From: Candidatus Woesebacteria bacterium
GTDB lineage: Bacteria; Patescibacteriota; Microgenomatia; Woykebacterales; 2-01-FULL-43-14
Reading direction: 5' to 3'
NCBI GenBank assembly: GCA_020060105.1
Contig: JAGVAV010000002.1
Location: 6,186 to 70,185, forward strand
DNA: 64,000 nucleotides
The notes under the pieces were generated by a model that saw only the letters and a program-made list of their open reading frames with translations, was not told the DNA's origin and ran no database searches. Positions within the stretch are counted from its first letter, which is position 1, and each line of letters begins with the position of its first letter. The position numbers and the translations under genes are program-made. Below are positions 55,696 through 64,000 of the stretch, piece by piece.

Positions 55696-58113
55696 TTAAG
55701 ACACTATTAATTTATTGTGCTTAACTAAAACCCTTACTTTAGACCCGTTAGTTAGTTTCCCTTTAATTATCATCTCGGATAAAGGGTCTTCAATCAGCTC
55801 CTGAACCAATCTTCTCATTGGTCGAGCGCCATACTCTTCATTAAAACCATTATCTTCCAGAAACTTCCAAGCCTCGGGAGAAACTTTAAGGAAAATATCT
55901 CTTTTTTTAAGTCTCCCTTGAAGCTCGCCAACAACTAACTTCGCCACCTTCTGAACTTCTTCTTTCTCTAACATTTTAAATACAACTACATTATCAATTC
56001 TATTTAAAAACTCCGGGCGAAAACTTTTTCTAAGTTGTTCTAACAACCTCTCCTTCACCACTTGTTGCCGATCGTTCGCTTTTGTTCCAAAACCCAAGTT
56101 GTAACCTTTTTTAATCAAATCCACCCCAACGTTAGAAGTCATCACAATAATCGTATTTTTAAAATTAATTTCGCGCCCCTTCCCGTCTACTAGACGGCCT
56201 TCCTCAAGAACCTGAAGAAGAGTATTAAATACTTCTGGGTGAGCCTTCTCAATCTCATCTAGCAAAACCACTGAGTAAGGTTGATAGCGAAGCTTCTCAG
56301 CTAGTTCACTCCCCTCCTCATAACCAACGTAACCTGGAGGGGCCCCTAGTAATCGAGAAACTGTATGCCTTTCAGAAAATTCGCCCATATCTAGACGAAT
56401 CAAAGAACTAGCGTTCCCAAAAACTGTTTCGGCTAAAATCTTAGCCAGCAAAGTTTTGCCTACCCCGGTAGGACCAAGAAAAATGAAAGACCCTATTGGC
56501 CGGTTAGGATCAGCAATTCCGGCACGAGAACGACGGACCGTCTTTGCCACCGTTTCGATCGCCTCTTCCTGACCAATCACCTTTTTTTTCATTTCCTTTT
56601 CCAAGTTAAGCAACTTAATGGCTTCTGCTTGACTTACTTCCTCCAGAGGCGCCTTGATTATATCTGAGACCAACTCGGCAATATCCTTCCCAGTTACCAA
56701 GAGAGGTTTTTTACCCAGCTTCTCTTTTGACATTAACCTGTTTATCCTAGCCTGTAATTGACTTTCTTGTTTTCTTAACTTAACCGCCTCCTCATAAAAT
56801 TCTTTTCTAACCATTTCCTCTTTTTGCAGTTGAACCTTCTCCAAAGCCACTTGTAACTCAACTAACTTTGGGGGGAGAGTTGCGGCTGAAATCGCTTTTT
56901 TTGACGAGGCTTCATCAAGTAAATCGATTGCACTATCTGGCAAGCGTCGTTCCACAAAATATTTCTTTGCTAAATTAACCGCCATTCTCAAAGCCTCTTT
57001 CTCAATTCTAAGGCTGTGGTGAGATTCATAACGCGCTTTCAACCCCTCTAATATTCTCATCGTAGTTTCCTCAGTTGGTTCTTCGACAACAACTGGCTGA
57101 AACCTTCTTTCTAAAGCGCTATCTTCTTCAATAAAATGGGTATACTCCTCCGTAGTTGTGGCGCCTATACAACGGATTTCCCCCCTAGCAAGAGCCGGTT
57201 TTAGAACATTAGCCGCATCCATTGCCCCACCAGCACTTCCCGCCCCAACAAGATTGTGTAATTCGTCTATGAATAAAACAATGTTTTTTGCCGCACGAAT
57301 CTCTTCCAAAACCCCAACGAGCCTTTCTTCAAAATCGCCTCTAAACCTGGTCCCAGCTACCAAAGCATTCAAATCTAAACTTACCAGTCTTACTTGGTGA
57401 AATTTTTGGGGTACTTCTTTTGACGCAATCCTTTGAGCCAATCCTTCCACTATCGCCGTTTTTCCTACCCCCGCCTCACCTAATAAAACTGGATTGTTTT
57501 TTGTTCGTCTGGCTAAAATTTGTAAGCAACGGTTAATTTCTAAATCACGGCTAATTACTGGATCCAGGTTTCCTTCGCGCGCTAAAACAGTTAAATCTCG
57601 ACTATATTTGTTTAGAAGAGGGGTTTCTGGTTCAACACTTTTGCGTCCTTTAACAAGTGACTCTGGATAGCTTGCCATTGAGGAGACTTTTTCTAGAATA
57701 GATTTGTAATCTAAGCCGTAAGAACGTAAAATATGGCAAGCTAGTCCTGAAGAGGTCTTCGCTAAACCGCAGAGAATATGTTCAGTTCCCACGTAGGGAT
57801 GCTTCCACAGATAGGCCTGTAAGGTCGCGTTGGCTAAAGCCTCTTGAGCTGAATCAGAGAAACCTCGTTGTTCAAAGCTAAAACCCACAAAATCATCCGT
57901 CGAAGAAAGAATCATCTCCTTAACCTTTACGGGGTCAACCTTAAAACTACTCAGGATTTTATAGGCTATTCCGCCATCATCATTCAGAATTCCGATTAGC
58001 AAATGTTCGGTGTCTACATAAGCGGAACCCATGGCCTTAGCTTCTTCCGCAGCAATACCGATCGTCTTTTTCGCCCGTTCAGTAAACTTTTCGATTAGCT
58101 TACTTCCAGACAT
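55696..58113 (-). CDS. clpC: ATP-dependent Clp protease ATPase ClpC
   Basis: Clp N repeats, GEAGVGKT, GPTGVGKT, UVR-like coil, LGF loop. Confidence 0.94.
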   Translation of the reverse strand: MSGSKLIEKFTERAKKTIGIAAEEAKAMGSAYVDTEHLLIGILNDDGGIAYKILSSFKVDPVKVKEMILSSTDDFVGFSFEQRGFSDSAQEALANATLQAYLWKHPYVGTEHILCGLAKTSSGLACHILRSYGLDYKSILEKVSSMASYPESLVKGRKSVEPETPLLNKYSRDLTVLAREGNLDPVISRDLEINRCLQILARRTKNNPVLLGEAGVGKTAIVEGLAQRIASKEVPQKFHQVRLVSLDLNALVAGTRFRGDFEERLVGVLEEIRAAKNIVLFIDELHNLVGAGSAGGAMDAANVLKPALARGEIRCIGATTTEEYTHFIEEDSALERRFQPVVVEEPTEETTMRILEGLKARYESHHSLRIEKEALRMAVNLAKKYFVERRLPDSAIDLLDEASSKKAISAATLPPKLVELQVALEKVQLQKEEMVRKEFYEEAVKLRKQESQLQARINRLMSKEKLGKKPLLVTGKDIAELVSDIIKAPLEEVSQAEAIKLLNLEKEMKKKVIGQEEAIETVAKTVRRSRAGIADPNRPIGSFIFLGPTGVGKTLLAKILAETVFGNASSLIRLDMGEFSERHTVSRLLGAPPGYVGYEEGSELAEKLRYQPYSVVLLDEIEKAHPEVFNTLLQVLEEGRLVDGKGREINFKNTIIVMTSNVGVDLIKKGYNLGFGTKANDRQQVVKERLLEQLRKSFRPEFLNRIDNVVVFKMLEKEEVQKVAKLVVGELQGRLKKRDIFLKVSPEAWKFLEDNGFNEEYGARPMRRLVQELIEDPLSEMIIKGKLTNGSKVRVLVKHNKLIVS

Positions 58114-58145
58114 AAATCCTCCGGGAAATTTGAGTAATGGCCTAA

Positions 58146-59201
58146 CTATTCATCCGACAATTTTAGACCCAGTCTCCTCGCTTCAGCAGAAATCGACTCA
58201 ACAATGCAGTTAACCTCTTGGCCAACTTCAAGAGTCGTGTTATGAGGAATTTTAGAGGCGTGAACTAACCCGTCAATACCTTGCTCTAGTCTGACAAAAA
58301 CGCCGTAAGGTGTCGCTTTAGCTATCTTACCCTTAACTTCCTTTCCAGGAAGATATTTCTCGCCGGCTTTTTGCCAGGGATCCTGTGTCAGTTGTTTAAT
58401 TGAAAGATTAATTTTCTTCTCTTCTGGATCTACATCTAAAACTAAAACGTTTACCTGATCGCCAACTTTATAAAGATCAGATGGCGCATAAACCCTTTCC
58501 CAAGCCAACTCGGATATGTGAACTAACCCTTCTACACCACCTGGTAATTCAACAAACACTCCAAAAGGCATTGCTCCTGTCACCTTCCCAGGTAAAACCT
58601 GCCCCTCTTTTAGAGTCGAAATCATTTGTTCTTTCTTCCTCTTCATTTCCGCATTAGTCACTTCCTTCTCAGAAAGAACAAAACGGTTAGCCTTCTGGTC
58701 TAACTCAATAATTTTAGTTTTTATTTTTTTACCAAAAGCGCAGCTGGGTGAAAAACTAAGGTGAGAGGAAGGAACAAATCCCCGTATGCCGAGATAATCA
58801 ACGATCAAACCCCCTCGATTTTGCTCAATTGGCTGAACTTCGATAATTGTTCCTTTTTCAAACTTTTCTTGTAGTTCCCGCCAACGCCGTTCCCCGGAAG
58901 CTCTTTTTAGCGAAAGGCTTGCCTGGCCATTCTCATTCTCTGGTTGAATTATGTAAACTAAAACTGTATCACCTGCTTGAAGATTGTCTGCCAAACCTTC
59001 TTCTGTTTCCATCTCCTTACCCGCAATGACTCCTTCCGCTTTCGAGCCAATATCAACTAAGATCTCACTACGGGAAACGGAAATAACCCTTCCTTCCACC
59101 ACTTGACCCCGAACCAAGGGTTTTGGGCTGTAGGTCTCTTGTTCTAATAATTCCGCCATTGTTACTTGCTCTTTAGACTCTTCCACCTTCAATTTCGCCA
59201 T
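58146..59201 (-). CDS. rpsA: 30S ribosomal protein S1 (four S1 domains)
   Basis: Repeated S1 motifs (FGVFV..EGLVHISEL). Confidence 0.9.
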   Translation of the reverse strand: MAKLKVEESKEQVTMAELLEQETYSPKPLVRGQVVEGRVISVSRSEILVDIGSKAEGVIAGKEMETEEGLADNLQAGDTVLVYIIQPENENGQASLSLKRASGERRWRELQEKFEKGTIIEVQPIEQNRGGLIVDYLGIRGFVPSSHLSFSPSCAFGKKIKTKIIELDQKANRFVLSEKEVTNAEMKRKKEQMISTLKEGQVLPGKVTGAMPFGVFVELPGGVEGLVHISELAWERVYAPSDLYKVGDQVNVLVLDVDPEEKKINLSIKQLTQDPWQKAGEKYLPGKEVKGKIAKATPYGVFVRLEQGIDGLVHASKIPHNTTLEVGQEVNCIVESISAEARRLGLKLSDE

Positions 59202-59278
59202 TTAGATAGTCCACCTTTCTAAAAAAGATTAAACTTTAGTATAGCAACTTTCGAATCTAAAATCAACCCAAAAAAAAT

Positions 59279-59390
59279 TCTGGCCGTGAGGTATTTTCCC
59301 AACCCAAAGGTTAGTATCGTCCCCGCTGGAGCGTTTGACTACTCTGTTCGAGATGGGAAGAGGTCGTTCCACTCCGCTCTAACGGCCAGA
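59279..59390 (-). rRNA. rrf: 5S rRNA
   Basis: TCTGGCCGT/ACGGCCAGA helix I, CCCATCTCGAAC, GATACT motifs. Confidence 0.93.
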
Positions 59391-59780
59391 AAAGTAATTT
59401 AACACTTAAGAAACTGAACAGAAGGAACAAGGAGGCAAATTATACTAAAAATAGTTAATTTGCCTTAAGCAAAAATCCTAATTGATCATTAGTACGGCTT
59501 GGCTAAAATCGTTACCGACCTTACACCGGCCGCCTATCAACCTTGTAATCTTCAAGGGATCTAACTCCTTGATTGCTCAAGGATTTGACGAAACCTAATC
59601 TTGGGGAAAGCTTCGCGCTTATATGCTTTCAGCGCTTATCTCAACCAAACGTGACTACCCAGCACTGCGCCTGTTGGCACAACTGGCACATCAGAGGTTT
59701 GTCCATCCGGGTCCTCTCGTACTACGGACAGCCCCCCTCAAGTTTCGAACGCTCACACCGGATAGAGACCGAACTGTCTT

Positions 59781-59839
<59 letters not shown>

Positions 59840-59851
59840 TGGTACTACCCA

Positions 59852-59897
<46 letters not shown>

Positions 59898-59919
59898 ATA
59901 TGAACTCTTGGGCAAGATA

Positions 59920-59952
<33 letters not shown>

Positions 59953-60397
59953 AAGCTCCGGCGCACCCACATGCCACCGGAGGATCACTAAACCCGACTT
60001 TCGTCCCTGCTCGACTTGTAAGTCTCACAGTCAAGCACACTTACGCTTTTGCACGTCCAGTCTGATTTCCATCCAGACCAAGTGTACCTTTGGGCGCCTG
60101 CGTTACCTTTTAGCGGGCGACCGCCCCAGTCAAACTACCCACCAGACAGTGTCTTCCAGCCAGATAATGGCTTGGAATAAGCGTTAAGCTTTAAAAAGAG
60201 AGGTGTTTCATTGTCGTCCCCCAAAGCCCGAAGGCAAAGTGAGACTCCCTCCTACGCTACACAGTCTAAAACCCAACGCAGTGTCAAGTTGTAGTAAAGC
60301 TCCACGGGGTCTTTTTGTCCAGGTGTGAGAAGGCCGCATCTTCACAGCCACTTCAATTTCGCCGGGTCGATGGTCAAGACAGTTCTCAAGTCGTTCT

Positions 60398-60447
<50 letters not shown>

Positions 60448-60454
60448 CACAGTT

Positions 60455-60819
60455 TAGCTTTGTTATCCGGCTTCGCCGGATCTTGCTTGTGCAAGATCTG
60501 TATGTCGCCATACAGCTCGGACTATATCATCCTCTTGAAGAGGGCTGGCGTATAGTCTCTGAGGATTTCCGTCTGCTGACGGATCTTTCCTGCTGATAAT
60601 CCGCACTCGTCGGTTTGTCACCGCGTCTTAACGACAAAGCGCAAGACGAGGTACCGCGAGATACTCGGGCTTCCCAGCATATAGCCAGCTTTTGCGTCTT
60701 TCGACGGAAGGATTCTAACCTTCGTAACTACAACTTTCGTGCGGCGAGAGTAGCCCAGCAAAGCTGGACACAGTTGTATCGCTACTTTGCGCGCTACATC
60801 CCTCGCGGTAGCTCGGATT
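60455..60819 (-). mobile_element. Group I intron at L1917, no homing endonuclease ORF, terminal nucleotide A
   Basis: Interrupts H69 CGCAGTAACTAT|AACTGTGCTAAGG; P1 GUAACUAU/GUAGUUAC with U-G wobble; P10 AGUU/AACU; P3 GCUGGC/GCCAGC; P AUGCUGGGAA, Q AUCAGCAGG, R UCAGAGACUA, S GAUAUAGUCC. Confidence 0.93.
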
Positions 60820-61545
60820 ATAGTTACTGCGGACGTTCACCGTGGCTTCAGTTAGAGCCTTAACAGCCCCTTCCTTAACCTTACGGCACTGGTCAGGCGT
60901 CACCCCCTATACTTCCCTTTTCAGGTTTGCAGAGAGCTGTGTTTTTGTTAAACAGTCGCTTGAGAATCATTTGCTGCGACCCCACTACGCAAAAGCTGCG
61001 TGGGGCACGACATCTTCCAAGGATACGTCGAGCTTTTTTGCCGAGTTCCTTAACCATCGTTCTCCCGATCGCCTTAATCTACTCGATCTGCCCACCAGAG
61101 TCGGTTTGTGGTACGGTAAGACTACTTCTCGCAACGAGCATTTTCTTGAAAGCTGAATGTCTCTTAATTGTCTTTGATCTTGCGATCGCAAACTTTTCGT
61201 CGTAGCTTAGATAAACGTGAATCAACGGATTTGCCTATCGCCACTTCCTTACTACTTAAACCCAATTACGTAGCTGGGCTAAGAACATCCACCTCTGTCA
61301 ACCCTTTGCGTCTTTATCGAAGTAACCTTGTAGCCGAATCTAAACGGCTTGTCCATCATCTACGCCTTCCGGCCTCAACTTAGGACCGACTAACTCTGTG
61401 CCGATTAACGTTGCACAGAAAACCTTGGGCATTCGGCGACCCTGTTTTTCACAGGGTTTACGCTACTCATACCGGCATTCTCACTTGACAGCACTCCAGC
61501 ACTCCTTACGATGTACCTTCAAGGCGCTGTCAACGCTCCCCTACC

Positions 61546-61675
61546 GCCCTTCGCCGAAGGCTTTGGGCGGCAAGCCTCTCTTCTCATTTCGTCTTTTAAA
61601 ACGAAACGCCTCCTTCTCTCTTTTGGACAAAGGAGAAAAGATTAGACTTACCACTCTAAGTCCTCGACGAAGAGC
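61546..61675 (-). other. Intervening/expansion sequence at 23S helix 45 (~130 nt)
   Basis: Extra hairpin-rich sequence between conserved ACGCTCCCCTACC and CACAGTTTCGGTG (+ strand). Confidence 0.75.
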
Positions 61676-62284
61676 CCACAGTTTCGGTGTTAGGTTTGAG
61701 CCCCGTTACATTGTCGGCGCAAAGTCCTTAAACCAGTAAGCTGTTACGCACTTTTTAAATGGTGGCTGCTTCTAAGCCAACATCCTGGATGTCTAAAGAA
61801 CCTCACAACCTTTTACACTAAACCTAAACTTAGGGACCTTAACTGGTGATCTGGGCTGTTTCCCTTTAGACCACTGCGCTTAGCCGTAGCGGTCTGACTG
61901 TTCTAATAAACTTCACAGCATTCAGAGTTTGGTTAGATGCAAGAACTTGCGTCCCTACAGTCCATCCAGTGCTTTACCTCTGTGAGCACTTAGAACGCTA
62001 TACCTATATATATTTCGGGGAGAACCAGCTATCTCCGGGTTCGTTAGGCATATCACCTCTAACCACAAGTCATCCCAAAGCTTTGCAACGCTTACGAGTT
62101 CGGGCCTCCACTTCGTTTTACCGAAGCTTCACCCTGCTCATGGTTAGCTCACCCGGTTTCGGGCCATCTAGTAAAAACTTACGGCCTGTTAAGCCTCGCT
62201 TTCACTACGCTTTCACTCCAAAAGAGCTTAAGCTAACGCTTTTACTAGATACTCGCCGGTTCATTCTTCAATAAGCACACTATT

Positions 62285-62341
62285 GTTCTGGTCGGGAACG
62301 AGCCCGCCTTGCGGCAGACTACGTAGTCCCCACCATAGAAC
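62285..62341 (-). other. Expanded 23S helix 25
   Basis: GTTCT..AGAAC-closed branched insert at the H25 position. Confidence 0.55.
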
Positions 62342-62397
62342 TCTAGCTGTTTGATAACGTACAGTTTCAGGTACTATTTCACTCCCCTCACCGGGGG

Positions 62398-62437
<40 letters not shown>

Positions 62438-62641
62438 GATGTTGTGTATTTAGCCTTAGACCGTGGTCGGCCTAGATTCCCGCAAGATTTCACGTGTCTC
62501 GCGGTACTCAGGTACTTTACAAAAGACTTTAGCCTTTCGCCTACGAGCCTATCACTCTCTTTGGAAAACTATTCCAAGTTCTTCGGCTAGACTAAAGTTT
62601 TCTTACTTTTTGACATTAAAGTCAGTAAAGCCCTACAACCC

Positions 62642-62741
62642 CCTTCGACTCGACACTGCCTCGCTCAGGGTCAAAGACCCCTTTAGTCTCACCGGCTACA
62701 GCCCTAAGTGAGACTTTGCGGAGCAAAGTCGAGTCGAAAGG
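62642..62741 (-). other. Expansion/IVS in 23S domain I (~position 270)
   Basis: TTCGACTCGAC/GTCGAGTCGAA closing stem with internal hairpins, replacing a normally short hairpin before GGGGTTGTAGG. Confidence 0.7.
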
Positions 62742-63096
62742 TTTAGGCTCTTCCCTTTTCGTTCGCCACTACTAAGGGAATCTCTTTGATTTCTTTTCCT
62801 CTGGCTACTTAGATGTTTCAGTTCGCCAAGTACCCTCCAACCTGACTATGTGTTCATCAGGAGGTATCCGGCAAAGCCGGATGGGTTTCCCCATTCGGAG
62901 ATCCGTGGATCAACGCTTGTTGACAGCTTCCCACGGCTTATCGCAGTCTCCTACGTCCTTCTTCGGCACAACATCCCAAGGCATCCACTGTACGCTTTGA
63001 GTAGATTTTTGCTATATTTGGCCTTCACCTTCTATTCAGTTTCTAGAGTGTTAATGAAACTAAATAAGATATTAAATTTTCAAAGAGCGAAAACTT

Positions 63097-63173
63097 TGGT
63101 GGAGCTAGTGGGAATCGAACCCACGATCTCCTCATTGCAAATGAGGTGCGTTAGCCAACTACGCTATAGCCCC
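63097..63173 (-). tRNA. tRNA-Ala(TGC), rRNA spacer
   Basis: GGGGCTA acceptor, TTTGCAA loop, ACCA. Confidence 0.95.
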
Positions 63174-63423
63174 TCATTCCAAAAACTAGGCTAACACTTC
63201 GTCAACAAGAAAGTCTCGCCACTAAGGTTATTAACTTATTTTGCAATAAATTTAGAGGAAATCTGATTTGGGTGAGAAAGAATGAGTAAAGTAACTATTT
63301 TGAGTAACAAAGATATATTTAGTTATCGTCTTCCCTCTAAATTGTCTAACTGTTTTTATCACCGTTAAGTTTATACCACGCTAAACGAATCTAGTCAAGT
63401 AGTAATCATAATTACTTAATTTA

Positions 63424-63498
63424 TGGTGGGCGCATTTGGGATCGAACCAAAGGCCTCGTCTTTATCAGAGACGCGCTCTACCACTGAGCTATGCGCCC
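63424..63498 (-). tRNA. tRNA-Ile(GAT), rRNA spacer
   Basis: GGGCGCA acceptor, CTGATAA loop, ACCA. Confidence 0.95.
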
Positions 63499-63728
63499 CA
63501 AAACTTTATTCCCCAGCTAACCTTAATTCATTTTAACACACCACAAAAATCCCCACAATTTCTACGATAATAAATTGTGGGGGTTTTAAATTTAACAATC
63601 CAAAAGGCGGTAGAAATCTTAAAGTAAAGAAACTAAGAACGGGAACAACTGCACAAAATATGCAGTGCTGACCTAGAACCACTGTGAGAAGTGGTTCCTC
63701 CTTGTATCAAGTACAAGTAATACTCCTT

Positions 63729-64000
63729 AGAAAGGAGGTGATCCATCCCCAGATTCCCCTAGGGATACCTTGTTACGACTTAGTCCCCATCGCTGAGTTC
63801 ACCTTCTACAGCCGCCCCTCTTGCGAGTTAGCAAACTGTCTTCGGGTGCCCCCAACTTTGTTGGCTTGACGGGCGGTGTGTACAAGACCCGAGAACGTAT
63901 TCACCGCGGCCTGCTGATCCGCGATTACTAGCAAGTCCGACTTCATGTGGGCGAGTTGCAGCCCACAATCTGAACTGAGGATGCTTTTAGGGATTAGCTT
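63729..64000 (-). rRNA. rrs: 16S rRNA, 3' part
   Basis: GTACACACCGCCCGTC, AAGTCGTAACAAGGTA, GGATCACCTCCTTT (anti-SD intact). Confidence 0.98.

Noticed and set aside
62865-62882. ATCCGGC-NNN-GCCGGAT hairpin also present in the intron P9 region (60465-60481)
   Set aside because: Only a 7-bp self-complementary stem, so effectively a 7-nt match

Overview
AT-rich bacterial chromosome segment, probably Patescibacteria/CPR (Microgenomates-like; inferred from compact gene content, short EF-Ts, truncated Mfd/PriA and rRNA insertions). It uses the standard code (TGA stops, tRNA-Trp CCA). Most of it is housekeeping: translation genes (pth, ybeY, rpsU, proS, frr, tsf, rpsB, def, fmt, rpmB, rpmG, secE-nusG-rplKAJL, argS, leuS, obgE, S1), cell shape (mreBCD-mrdA and a second mreB), DNA processing and competence (mfd, topA, dprA, priA, comEA, split comEC, radA), clpC, rho, glycosyltransferases, a sortase, two surface proteins and 10 tRNAs. 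It ends in a minus-strand rRNA operon (partial 16S, tRNA-Ile, tRNA-Ala, 23S, 5S). Main observations: (1) a 365-nt ORF-less group I intron at 23S position L1917 that ends in omega-A instead of omega-G, with a structured P1 loop holding a decoy copy of the 3' exon; (2) three further structured 23S insertions; (3) four unassigned structured intergenic RNA candidates with promoter-like motifs and terminators (~22.7, ~29.9, ~52.9 and ~53.1 kb); (4) repeated leaderless gene architecture; (5) a sortase with a candidate LPKAG substrate next to a GC-rich Pro/Thr-rich surface gene. All calls were made by eye and no searches were run.
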